Assembly (NCBI GenBank): GCA_963807605.1
Contig: CAWECG010000004.1
Location: forward strand, 128,001-192,000
DNA from: Candidatus Bathyarchaeota archaeon
GTDB taxonomy: Archaea; Thermoproteota; Bathyarchaeia; 40CM-2-53-6; RBG-13-38-9
DNA length: 64,000 nt
Direction: 5' to 3'
Shown here piece by piece: positions 1-9,314 of the stretch; the first letter of the stretch is position 1; each line of letters begins with the position of its first letter. Below the pieces are notes generated by a model. The model saw only the letters and a program-made list of their open reading frames with translations, had not been told where the DNA came from and made no database searches. The translations under genes were made by a program, and so were the position numbers.

Positions 1-138
1 CCTGAGATTCTGCTCTTAAGCCAGATTCCTCTGACACTTGAGTTAACTCATGAAAATCGAGTTGAGCAAGTCCGAACAATAACTGAGAAGATAACGTTGC
101 AATTGATTCAAAGAAAATCGCTTAGGCAGACGCTGTAG
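1..138 (+). CDS. 3' end of a gene truncated by the window edge, possibly NTPase_1/THEP1-family nucleoside triphosphatase
   Basis: Frame 1 reads PEILLLSQIPLTLELTHENRVEQ...RQTL* with stop at 136-138; 'LTHENR' resembles the family's C-terminal VTxENR motif. Confidence 0.4.
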   Translation, partial: PEILLLSQIPLTLELTHENRVEQVRTITEKITLQLIQRKSLRQTL

Positions 139-184
139 GGGGCTGAGATTGACAAGATCTATTTACGGTGCGGAGCTGCAATAG

Positions 185-855
185 ATGGTTGAGATCGCAG
201 GCGTGGACGAGGCTGGGAGAAAGCCAAGCTGTACGGCTTCCCAAGAGGTCCACTTCTCGGTCCGCTAGTAATCGCGAGTCTGACTCTAAGAGATGGTCCG
301 GCATCTCGCCTAAGCGGGCTTGGTGTTAGAGACTCAAAGCTACTTACCAGATCGGCAAGAAGCTTGCTGGTCCCAAAAATTCTCAATCTAGCAGAGAAAC
401 ACCTTCTTGCAGAGATTGAACCGCCAGAAATTGATTCCGTGGTTTTAAGAGGTCGACCACTGATGAGACTGAATCTACTTGAGGCAAGATATGCTGCGAA
501 GATCCTAAACGAGCTTAAACCCGAGACAGCCTATGTAGACGCTCCCGACACAAGCCCGGAGAGATTCGCCTGCCAAATCCTTCAACGCCTAGACGCCCCT
601 CTCAGAATAATATCAGAACATCATGCTGACAAACTATACCCCATTGTCTCCGCGGCCTCCATTTTGGCAAAGGTGAGAAGAGACGAGATCGTCCGCGAAT
701 TACACAAGGTCTACGGTGATTTTGGATCAGGCTACCCTTCAGATCCCAGAACAATCAAGTTCGTTAAGCAATGGATCCTAAGTAAGAGGTGTGATCTGCC
801 TATAATGAGGAGAACATGGACTACCTTTCGAAATCTGGAACGCGAGCTGCTATAA
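185..855 (+). CDS. rnhB: Ribonuclease HII, split gene: exon 1 185..219, exon 2 246..855; 214 aa after splicing
   Basis: ATG185 gives MVEIAGVDEAGR; the next frame continues GPLLGPLVIAS...GVRDSKLL...HHADKLYPIVSAASILAKVRRD...GSGYPSDPRT. The listed ORF 364..855 is only the 3' part. Confidence 0.95.
220..245 (+). other. Candidate 26-nt bulge-helix-bulge mRNA intron in rnhB
   Basis: Central helix TGGG(214-217)/CCCA(240-243); 3-nt bulges AGA(218-220) and AGA(244-246); inner stem AAGCC/GGCTT; exon pairing C213:G247 plus GTGGAC/GTCCAC. Cutting after the 2nd nt of each bulge restores AGA-GGT (Arg-Gly). Confidence 0.88.
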
Positions 856-1278
856 CTCTGATGCAAGACCTTCCGGCGTTCCAAAGCCGATGATAATCAA
901 AGAGTGAATTTTGCGGATCAACTCGGACAGATAAGGCTTGTAAATGTAGAAAGGCTCTTTTGCCTTGTAGTTGCTAAAGTCTTGTTCTGCAAGTCCAAGG
1001 AGGGATTTCAGCACGAATTCCTCAATTTCACCTCCAGACACGGTGTAGACAGCTCTTCCGAGATCGAATCTTCTCTGAATGACTATCGGAAGTTGAAGCC
1101 TCTCCTGCAGATGGGGAGGCAGTATGCCGGCTAACCCCTCAAGCTCTTCCCGTTTCATCAGAATCCTTCCCCCATCGATAGTCTCAACAAATGGAGTTTT
1201 CTCCTCCAAGAGAGTCTTCAGTGTCTTTCTTGACTTCGGCAAATGTTGATTCAGCTTCCTGACTTCCTCCTTCAACAT
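850..1278 (-). CDS. DUF61/UPF0216-family protein; frame is open upstream to a possible ATC start at 1314
   Basis: LNQHLPKSRKTLKTLLEE...P...LQLPIVI pattern typical of DUF61. Confidence 0.7.
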   Translation of the reverse strand: MLKEEVRKLNQHLPKSRKTLKTLLEEKTPFVETIDGGRILMKREELEGLAGILPPHLQERLQLPIVIQRRFDLGRAVYTVSGGEIEEFVLKSLLGLAEQDFSNYKAKEPFYIYKPYLSELIRKIHSLIIIGFGTPEGLASEL

Positions 1279-1320
1279 AGCTCTAAACGCTCTCTCTAAA
1301 TGGCTCTCAGCGATGTTCCT

Positions 1321-2019
1321 TCACTTCCTGAATATCGCAGTTACCATAGCATGATCCTTATCATAAGGCTCAAGCCGAATGGCTTGAAGCACTTGGAACC
1401 CGCTTTTCTTGAGTACTTCAATCTCCTTGTCGAAAACCTCAACTGGCCTGAGTGTTACGTCGATGCTCCTTGACTTCACAGAAAACATGACTCTTCCATT
1501 TTGTCGCAGAAACATCTCGGAGTTACGCACCAGAATCTTCGCCTGCTCTGGTTGCGCCACGTCACAGTATATGGTATCGACGAAATTGACTATCAGGCGA
1601 TATTGCATTGGAATTCTAGCATCGGCAAGAATTGGGTGAACGTTGGTTCGGTGCCTACAGACTCTCTCAATAAGGTCTCTCATGCTCCTTTGCGAGAATT
1701 CTACCGCATAGATTTCCCCCAGGTTCCCAAGTATGTCGCTGACATGGCTCACAGTGGTTCCCGACGCAGCCCCGAGGTAGAGGACTTTCCCACCCAACGT
1801 TATGGGTAATTCTGTAAGCCCCTTGTTTATGGCTGCTGCAAGTTTGCTTCTGTACGGGTCCCAAATCCTGTACTCAACACCATCGGCATGGATAAGTTCC
1901 TCCCCATAGACGCTTACGCTTGCAGCCAGATTACGGGTAGCCAGTCTACTCTGCCCACTTACCGTTACTCGGAAGACATCCGGAAACTTCTCATGTTCAC
2001 GGAGTTCAAGAACGCTCAT
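1321..2019 (-). CDS. flpA: Fibrillarin-like rRNA/tRNA 2'-O-methyltransferase
   Basis: YRIWDPYRSKLAAAI, VLYLGAASGTTVSHVSD, DVAQPEQA and LEPYDKDHA motifs. Confidence 0.97.
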   Translation of the reverse strand: MSVLELREHEKFPDVFRVTVSGQSRLATRNLAASVSVYGEELIHADGVEYRIWDPYRSKLAAAINKGLTELPITLGGKVLYLGAASGTTVSHVSDILGNLGEIYAVEFSQRSMRDLIERVCRHRTNVHPILADARIPMQYRLIVNFVDTIYCDVAQPEQAKILVRNSEMFLRQNGRVMFSVKSRSIDVTLRPVEVFDKEIEVLKKSGFQVLQAIRLEPYDKDHAMVTAIFRK

Positions 2020-3190
2020 CTCTCTTTCTCACCGAAGGTGGGGAGGGATATCTTTCTCGTATCTCCTTGATTCTCTCCTCAAGGGCCTCTTTGAGTTTGT
2101 CGCCCAGGAACTCGCCACCGAATGAGTCTATTCGTGCTGCGATCGAGAGTTTGTTTGAGAGTGCCCTGGCTATTTTTCCTCGTTGCCATCTCGGCGCGTT
2201 GTGGAGGGATTGATGCTGGAATATGATGCCGTGCTTGGGGGGCCTAGAACCAGTCTTTATAGATCGAAAGAGAGCTTTCTCGGCTCCCAAAACCTGAACC
2301 GTGCTTGCGGGCATCTTAGCGAGTCTATCTAGGCCCCCAGCGATTGCTATCAGCCTGGCTGATAGTAAGGGGCCAAGAACAGATGTCATGTTGGGTGCAA
2401 CTTCCTCCATTAGAGAGTTGAGGGACTGCTCAGACACCTCCCTGCACCTGCTGAGTTCCAAGGTATCTCTTGAAAGAGTCTGAAGTACTTCGAGATCGCT
2501 CAAATTAGAAGCAAAACCTATGGAACTCCGAGCCTTTTCAGACACAACCTTCGCCTTATCAGTTGACAATCCTTCGGATTCAAGCCGATCAAGTGTGTAG
2601 TTCTCTCTGACCACTAGATCCGCTACGAGTCTCGCATAGGTTTCGTGTTTTTCGATGAGTCTGTCGAGCTCCGGAAAATGTAACCCGTACCATTCTCGAA
2701 TTCTTCCAGCGAAGAGGTTGAGCGTCTTATCTAAATCATCGAGGGTTCGAATAACTTGTATCGCGTGGAGATCTCTCCTCTGAGCCGCCTTGGTAACGCC
2801 CACCTCTGCCATTGCGACAGTTACGTTGTGCACATACTCTCGGTAAGCTTGGAGATCTTTGAATCTCCCTAGCTCAACTGCTGCTCCGGCTAGTCCTTCT
2901 CTAAGACCTACAACTGTATGCGGTTCTTCAGCAACCCTACACTTGATGCCGACTACCTTTTGGACGCCTAAAGCCAAGCCTTTCTCTTCGAAGATCAAGT
3001 CGTCATACCCCTTTTGCTGGAGCATCTTCGAAAGCTGAAGGAGTTCATCAACTACCTCGCCACCTTGAAGCTTTTCGAGTTTGCTCGCTGTTTCTTTAGG
3101 ATCGGCTGAAAAGAACCGCGCCTCTATTGTCTTCCCCTTGCTATCAAGGGCAAATATCCCAACTGGCGTGATTGCTATCGTTGCCTCCAA
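2006..3190 (-). CDS. nop5: C/D box sRNP protein Nop5 (Nop56/58)
   Basis: RIREWYGLHFPEL, LAKMPASTVQVLGAEKALF, PPKHGIIFQH and RGKIARAL motifs; overlaps fibrillarin. Confidence 0.97.
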   Translation of the reverse strand: MEATIAITPVGIFALDSKGKTIEARFFSADPKETASKLEKLQGGEVVDELLQLSKMLQQKGYDDLIFEEKGLALGVQKVVGIKCRVAEEPHTVVGLREGLAGAAVELGRFKDLQAYREYVHNVTVAMAEVGVTKAAQRRDLHAIQVIRTLDDLDKTLNLFAGRIREWYGLHFPELDRLIEKHETYARLVADLVVRENYTLDRLESEGLSTDKAKVVSEKARSSIGFASNLSDLEVLQTLSRDTLELSRCREVSEQSLNSLMEEVAPNMTSVLGPLLSARLIAIAGGLDRLAKMPASTVQVLGAEKALFRSIKTGSRPPKHGIIFQHQSLHNAPRWQRGKIARALSNKLSIAARIDSFGGEFLGDKLKEALEERIKEIRERYPSPPSVRKRDERS

Positions 3191-3337
3191 ATACTCCGCT
3201 CCAAATACAGGCTAATTGGCGAGAATAACTGAGAGTAACGTTGTAGGACGAATAAACCTTTTCGCGATACTCTTATCGATGAGTTACCTTCAAAAACCCT
3301 CAAGACTTCTCTACTGTCCGTAAGGAGCGCTGTTAGC

Positions 3338-4258
3338 TTGGGGCTGGCAAGAATTGACCTTTCAGTACAACCTGCTGGATTGAGGCTGAGTAATCCCATG
3401 ATTCTAGCTTCTGGCATACTTGGAATTTCTGGTGCGATGTTGATGCGAATTGCTCAGGAAGGAGCTGGGGCTGTTGTCACCAAATCCTTCGGCGTTACAT
3501 CTAGAGAGGGTTATCCTGGACCTGTCATAACTGAAGTCTCAGGCGGCTTCTTGAATTCACTGGGATTGCCCAACCCCGGTGCTGAAGAGATGAAGAATGA
3601 AATAATGGCAGCCAGGAAGGGTGGGGTACCCGTCATAGCCAGCATCTACGGATTCAATGAAGATGAATATGGAAGAGCGGCTTCACTAGCCAGTGAGGCT
3701 GGGGCCGACGCCCTTGAATTGAACGTATCTTGCCCTCACGTGAAGGAGGTCGGCGTCGAAATAGGGCAAGACCCCTACTTGGTTTCAAAAGTCACTCAGA
3801 AAGCCAAATCAAATTTTGGCGGGCCGCTTATTGTGAAGCTTTCACCAAATGTCTCCGATATAGTTGAGATTGCTCAAGCTGCAAGCAACGCAGGAGCTGA
3901 TGCTCTCACGGCAATTAATACGGTGAAAGCTATGGCTATAGACATCGAGACTAAACGCCCAATTCTTGGCGGCAAGTTTGGTGGGCTTTCGGGCCCTGCG
4001 TTGAAACCGGTTGCCTTAAGGTGCGTATACGAGATCTATGAACAGGTAAAGCTGCCAATAATCGGTTGCGGTGGCATAAGCAGATGGCAGGATGTCGCGG
4101 AGTTCCTGCTTGCTGGAGCCTCAGCTGTCCAGATAGGTTCTGCCTTGATCGATAAGGATCTCGCTATTTTCAAGGAGCTGAACGAAGGGCTGAGAAACTA
4201 CATGTCGATGAACGAAAATGTAAGACTGAGAGATATTATAGGAGCAGCCCACATCTAG
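3338..4258 (+). CDS. pyrD: Dihydroorotate dehydrogenase (family 1)
   Basis: NPMILASG, GAVVTKS, ELNVSCPH, VKLSPNV, GGLSGPALKP and GASAVQIGS motifs. Confidence 0.95.
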   Translation: MGLARIDLSVQPAGLRLSNPMILASGILGISGAMLMRIAQEGAGAVVTKSFGVTSREGYPGPVITEVSGGFLNSLGLPNPGAEEMKNEIMAARKGGVPVIASIYGFNEDEYGRAASLASEAGADALELNVSCPHVKEVGVEIGQDPYLVSKVTQKAKSNFGGPLIVKLSPNVSDIVEIAQAASNAGADALTAINTVKAMAIDIETKRPILGGKFGGLSGPALKPVALRCVYEIYEQVKLPIIGCGGISRWQDVAEFLLAGASAVQIGSALIDKDLAIFKELNEGLRNYMSMNENVRLRDIIGAAHI

Positions 4259-4345
4259 ATGGAAATGAATTCAGGATGTCTAGCTAGCAGACTCATGACA
4301 GTATCTCCTTGCCTGACAGCGCGTAGGTTTCTTCAATTCATTCGC

Positions 4346-5521
4346 CTATAGAGAGCTGGATGTCTCTATGTCAGTTTCTTGCGAGAGTATTTGTTCGTAA
4401 ATCTTCTCGACGAGACCCGCAATTCTCGACCAATCTCTTTGACGGGCTATCCTGGAGCCATTCTCGATCAGTTTCTGTTTTAGTTCTTGATTGTTCATCA
4501 GCATGACTACTGAATCTTCCAACATCTTTATGTCTCCTGGCTCGAAGAGCAAGCCGTCTCTGCCGTTCTTAACAAACTCTGAGATAGTTGGTAATCTTGA
4601 CGCAACGACTGGTTTTTCTGCAGCCATCGCTTCGAGGATTGTGAGGCCTGTAGCCTCTCCAAGAGATGGCAAGATTACAAGCTCACAGAGGCCATAGGCC
4701 CTTAATAGTTCTTGTTCGTCAAGTTCCCCCGTGAATATGACCTGATCTCTAATCCCTAGTCTACTCGCGAGCGATTCGAGCTCTGCTCTGTATCCCCAGT
4801 CAGGGCCAACAAGGAGAAACTTGACATTAGGGATTCTTGCCTTGATCCTTGGTGCTGCTTCAAGCAAGAAGTGCAACCCTTTCTTCCTTTCGATGCGCCC
4901 TACAAAAAGTACCACTCGGCTTCCACGGAGCTGATACTTGGAGATCAGCGGCCCTGAACTAGGTAAGTCTCTGAACTTGGAGTTTTCAACTCCATTAGGA
5001 ATGATTGAAACTTTCTTGTCTTCGACTGAGAACTTTGATGTCAATAGCGCCTTTTCGTAGCTTGTGGCCGCTATTATATGAGTTGCAAGGTTTAGAGTCA
5101 GTCGCCCAATCAGGTTATCATAGAGTGTGCGGAGGATGCTTTTTCCAATTGAAGTGACTTCACTTCGATCGTAATGGGTGGTAATGACTACGGGAATCCC
5201 TCTGGTGTTACCAATCAGGGAGGCGAGATCGGTGTGTGCGAAACCATATGTGTGAGCATGAATTATATCTGGATGGACCTTAATGAGATGGTTTACCATA
5301 CTCCAGCTTAGCACTGTAAACCCACTTCCCCATTTTATCTCGAGGCCTTTGTATGCCTCGACATTTATTCCGTCAACTGTATAGGAAGAAGTCTCAGAAC
5401 CGAACGTCAACACTGAGATCTTACAGTTTCTTGAGAGGTGTTTTGCGAGTTGGAAGAGATGATTTTCTGCCCCTCCTATAGAGGGTAGAAACTTTTGTAT
5501 CAAGAACAATATTTCCAACAA
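4346..5521 (-). CDS. Glycosyltransferase family 4 (GT-B)
   Basis: PSIGGAENH, IIPNGV, FVGRIERKKG and E-x7-EAMAAEKPVV motifs. Confidence 0.92.
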   Translation of the reverse strand: MLEILFLIQKFLPSIGGAENHLFQLAKHLSRNCKISVLTFGSETSSYTVDGINVEAYKGLEIKWGSGFTVLSWSMVNHLIKVHPDIIHAHTYGFAHTDLASLIGNTRGIPVVITTHYDRSEVTSIGKSILRTLYDNLIGRLTLNLATHIIAATSYEKALLTSKFSVEDKKVSIIPNGVENSKFRDLPSSGPLISKYQLRGSRVVLFVGRIERKKGLHFLLEAAPRIKARIPNVKFLLVGPDWGYRAELESLASRLGIRDQVIFTGELDEQELLRAYGLCELVILPSLGEATGLTILEAMAAEKPVVASRLPTISEFVKNGRDGLLFEPGDIKMLEDSVVMLMNNQELKQKLIENGSRIARQRDWSRIAGLVEKIYEQILSQETDIETSSSL

Positions 5522-5542
5522 CGTCGCCTGCTTCAGTTGTGG

Positions 5543-6415
5543 CTATTTTACTATTCCTCGAAACCCCCGAAGGTAGCCGAGTCTGAAAGCAAATTCGATG
5601 AAGACAAGGTACGCGGGGTAGAGAAGGAAGGTGGAGAAATTGCCTTTGACTGCCACTCGTGTTATTCTCTTTAGATAGCTTATGATTGAGTTGAGGGAGA
5701 TCGCTTTTTCTGCTCCTTCGTCCAGCTCACTGTTAAGCAACCCCTTGCCATAACCGTGAAGGTAGTGCTGAAGGTAGACCCCTCGGGAATCCTCACGATG
5801 ATAATGGTAGACTACGGGATTCCGGGCCATGAGTACCTTTAGACCCTTATCACGGAATTTTGAAAGCAATTTAAGATCTTCAGCATACGGATACTTCACG
5901 TCGTATCCATCTATGTACTCGAGCATACGTTTCTTGAAGAGGCCACAAATGGTTGGGTCCGCGTCGCATTCAACTACATCAAAAGATTTGAACTGCTCAG
6001 CATATATTTGTTGGAAGTAAAAATCCTTCAGCCGAGGCAGCAATTTATTCCTATTAGCACAACCAACACGGCATGCAACTCCGGCGACGTTAGGTTCCTT
6101 AAGTAACGTGAAGAGACTGGACACAGTATTGTTGGTTATATATGCGTCAGCATCGAGAAACAGTACGAAGGTGCTATTTGAAGATCTCCATCCCAAATCT
6201 TTGGCTCGGGCTATTCCCTTGATTCCCCTTATGATCTTGACATCTTTGTACTTCAATGCCTTCTCTAAGGTTCTGTCAGAGGAACCTCCATCAACAAGCA
6301 TGATCTCTTCGGAGCCGTTGTTTCGAAGGCTCTCCAGCGCCTCATCTATGGTTTTTTCATTGTCTCTGCTAGCGACAACCGAAGAAAAGCTTCCCAATCG
6401 AATGCCTCCAGTCAA
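5543..6415 (-). CDS. Glycosyltransferase family 2
   Basis: LVDGGSSDRT, FLDADA (DxD) and AEDLKL motifs. Confidence 0.9.
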   Translation of the reverse strand: MTGGIRLGSFSSVVASRDNEKTIDEALESLRNNGSEEIMLVDGGSSDRTLEKALKYKDVKIIRGIKGIARAKDLGWRSSNSTFVLFLDADAYITNNTVSSLFTLLKEPNVAGVACRVGCANRNKLLPRLKDFYFQQIYAEQFKSFDVVECDADPTICGLFKKRMLEYIDGYDVKYPYAEDLKLLSKFRDKGLKVLMARNPVVYHYHREDSRGVYLQHYLHGYGKGLLNSELDEGAEKAISLNSIISYLKRITRVAVKGNFSTFLLYPAYLVFIEFAFRLGYLRGFRGIVK

Positions 6416-6935
6416 ATTATGATACTCACTGCCAGTGCTGAATACTCGTTTCAGGTGAAAACCTCGTAAAGCAGTATTAGATCAACCCTCTTTCTCATAC
6501 CATTATTTCTATGTGATCTTGGTTGAACCCTTGAGATGAGTCTGCGAATTTTGGCGCTATCAGCTTAATGCAGGAAATCTGCAAAGAGGTCGCTACTATC
6601 AACGTACCCGTGCGTAACGTAAAAGTGATGCCCAAACCGCTGAGAATCAACGTTGTGGCTGTAAGTATGGTTGACTAACCTACTCATATCCTTCTGCTAA
6701 TGGATTCCGCAGGTGTTCTTCCTAAGAATCCTAGCGTGCAGAGTCGTTTCCTATCGAGCCACGGCAAAGCTAGGAAGAGCACACGCTTAATTCTACTTCA
6801 AGAAATACTGCTCACCGTGAGTACTAGATCGAACTCCATGGAACAAAGAGTCCTTCTGAATTGCACATCCTAAGCTTTGGGTGGCGGGCACTGTCGTGAA
6901 AAAATGGTGGAGGGAGAGTTCTTGGGATCGTCTAG

Positions 6936-7301
6936 TCAGTAGAGGCGGTATGGTGGCTGCTGGACAAGATACCTGAAGGGCGGGGGTTGATAGCAATACT
7001 CCTGTGGAGGGGGCAGATACGCTACAGGTTGTGGTGGCGGCTGGACTAAATATTGGACTGGGGGCGCCTGATAGGCCATCATCTGTGGCATCGTTGGGAC
7101 GAGGTATTCCATAGGAGGTGGTTGATACAAGACCTCAGGAGGCTGAGGAATGATACATTCCTGAGGTGGCGGTTGATAGTAGTTTAGTTGCGGAGGTTGC
7201 TGCACTGCGACGTAAGCTGGTGGTGACGGCACAAGGTAGGGCTGAGGTGGCTGAACGTAAGTGGCTCTCTCTGCAGGCCTAGGAACAAGATAATATGACA
7301 C
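6936..7301 (-). CDS. Pro/Gln/Tyr-rich low-complexity protein (121 aa)
   Basis: Recurrent Y-x-x-(Q/P)-P-P units encoded with varied codons; GAGGG upstream of the GTG start. Confidence 0.6.
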   Translation of the reverse strand: MSYYLVPRPAERATYVQPPQPYLVPSPPAYVAVQQPPQLNYYQPPPQECIIPQPPEVLYQPPPMEYLVPTMPQMMAYQAPPVQYLVQPPPQPVAYLPPPQEYCYQPPPFRYLVQQPPYRLY

Positions 7302-7527
7302 GGCTATATTCCCTCGACTTGTATGAACTAGATTCCTATCTCGAAATAAGAAGCTTTCGTAAATGATAGGTTGGATTGAAGACTCGAATAAGTTAAAGCA
7401 CCACTAGAGGATTGTTAGACAAAGAAAATACGTTTCAGTTCGCCATGTCTTCGTGGTCTAGCTTCCATCGTGAATCTGCAAAGATTCAAAAGGGATTTTC
7501 ACGGAGGTCTGAAAGGGAAGTCGAGTG

Positions 7528-8042
7528 ATGTTTCGAAATTATCTCGTCTGCACGCTCTTTCTGACAACATTGGTTGGGGCATCGGTAGTTGCTGCTTCCT
7601 TGGGAACGACAGAATTTGTGGCCAACGGCGGATTCAAGTCGGACCTTGACGGTTGGAGGCCATATGTTTACGACGACACATGCGGACGGGTGAATGAGAC
7701 CTAAGGAACCAGTCATTCAGCGCGCGCTTTTGGGATGATATAAGCGTCATTGCCGAGACTCAACCACCAACTTCCCTTGTGCCAACACAGATCGCACCCA
7801 CCGTAACTTCACCAAAATCTCCCTTTCCCAAGCAAGTGAGCGAGACAAGCTCTTACACGGAGAGAGACGCGTTACCCATTGTTTTGTTTGTAGCAATAAT
7901 TATTGGGTTGACGCTGGTCGTTCGGAGGATAGGATCTCATAAGAGTTCGAAAACTGATGCTGCCACGAACTACTGCTTCAATTGTGGCGCAGAGACTGCT
8001 CTCAACATTAAATACTGTACACATTGCGGAGAAAAGCAGTGA
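7528..8042 (+). pseudogene. Internally deleted, frameshifted secreted protein: signal peptide, remnants of a CBM4/9-like domain, TM helix and zinc ribbon
   Basis: ATG7528 gives MFRNYLVCTLFLTTLVGASVVAAS..VANGGFKSDLDGW..* (stop 7702-7704). Another frame gives FWDDISV..TM..CFNCG..CTHCG to 8042. Confidence 0.55.
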
Positions 8043-8054
8043 GTTTGCGGTTGT

Positions 8055-9041
8055 CTAAACAGGTGGAGGTTCAACGCGCCGTTTATTCTCTGGTAGTCTT
8101 GTCCAAGCTGTGAATTCTTGACTCGGAGGCTCTTCAGCGTACAAATCTTTCCTTCTACATTCCAACAGTCTAATAGGTGAACCCTTGTAGTCAGCAGCTG
8201 ATTGCACAGTGTTCTTTCTGGAATGGGCCGCCTGCAATATTGGGTCGACAAAGTCTCTCCAATCAGGACTTCTCATCAAGTGGTGATCCACTACTGTAGT
8301 TGGCACCTTTTCGCAAAGCCTAGCGAGGTTAACTCCAGCAAGCCTGATGAGTTCCTCCTTCACCAGAGTTCCAGACAGGTAGATTGGAGGACCCCCGACA
8401 ACAAGAAGATTCGGATTCTCTGAAAGAATGCTATCTAAGGATGTCTCGTCGATCGGTCCTTGAACATCGGAAGCATGCGTAATGCTTTCGTCGTCGCGGC
8501 TTACTGTAAGCATTATGACCCAGCCCAATCCGGATCCAGTTTCGCCATGGAAAACAGGCTGAGAGAATCTCAGCGACGTACTCCCAAAGTGGAATTCTCT
8601 TTTGTCTGCTGTGAGAATCTTTTTGGCGTGTTTTTCTGCAAATTTCCAGAAAAGCCAACCCCTCCGTCTCTGAGTTGTGTTTACAGATGTATGGTAGTCT
8701 TTGACAAGTAAGATTTTATCTTGGATGATTTTGGTCGCCTCTTCTGGACTGGAGCCGATGAGTGCGCTGTCGGTGAAGTTGGGGGTATAGTGGTCGTGGT
8801 GATAGTGTGAGATTGTCACCACGTCGGCTTCTTGAGATTTTTCCACAATAATGTTGCGAAGCTCAGCTCGAGTCCGATATTCTGCAGGATGGGGAAGCAG
8901 CCCAAACCTTATCCCGAGAGAAACGCCAGGATCGATCAGAATTCGAACGTCAGGGGTCTCTATAAAAGATGACATCGACCTTGCTCCAAGGCTCTCAAAC
9001 GCCAGCGGATCGAATGATATCTTCCCCATTATGTCTCCCAC
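8055..9041 (-). CDS. MBL-fold metallo-hydrolase (UPF0282-like)
   Basis: ESLGARSM, LIDPGVSLG, ISHYHHDH, SDVQGP and VDHHLMR motifs. Confidence 0.85.
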   Translation of the reverse strand: MGDIMGKISFDPLAFESLGARSMSSFIETPDVRILIDPGVSLGIRFGLLPHPAEYRTRAELRNIIVEKSQEADVVTISHYHHDHYTPNFTDSALIGSSPEEATKIIQDKILLVKDYHTSVNTTQRRRGWLFWKFAEKHAKKILTADKREFHFGSTSLRFSQPVFHGETGSGLGWVIMLTVSRDDESITHASDVQGPIDETSLDSILSENPNLLVVGGPPIYLSGTLVKEELIRLAGVNLARLCEKVPTTVVDHHLMRSPDWRDFVDPILQAAHSRKNTVQSAADYKGSPIRLLECRRKDLYAEEPPSQEFTAWTRLPENKRRVEPPPV

Positions 9042-9314
9042 AATAGACGTTGACTGGGAAGCCTAAGATCTCGACTAGCTATCAAGACTATCTACTGGCG
9101 GCTGCCAACTTTTTCGATGCGGGGAAGTAATCTCAGGTGTTGGGAGACTCTCGAGGAAACGCATAAGAACTGCTCTATTCTTCTTAATTGATGGTAGGCA
9201 ATGACGAGTCTGGCCCAATTGAATGAATGATATGGATCTTGAGTGCGGGAGCCTACCGCTTTTACTTTAGCAAATCTATATAGTGAGATCATCCAGTCTT
9301 CTTCGCAGGTCTTG

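Noticed and set aside
6936-7301. PPxY-like motif as an ESCRT late-domain signal
   Set aside because: Such motifs are expected by chance in a Pro/Tyr-rich sequence, and no WW-domain adaptor is seen.
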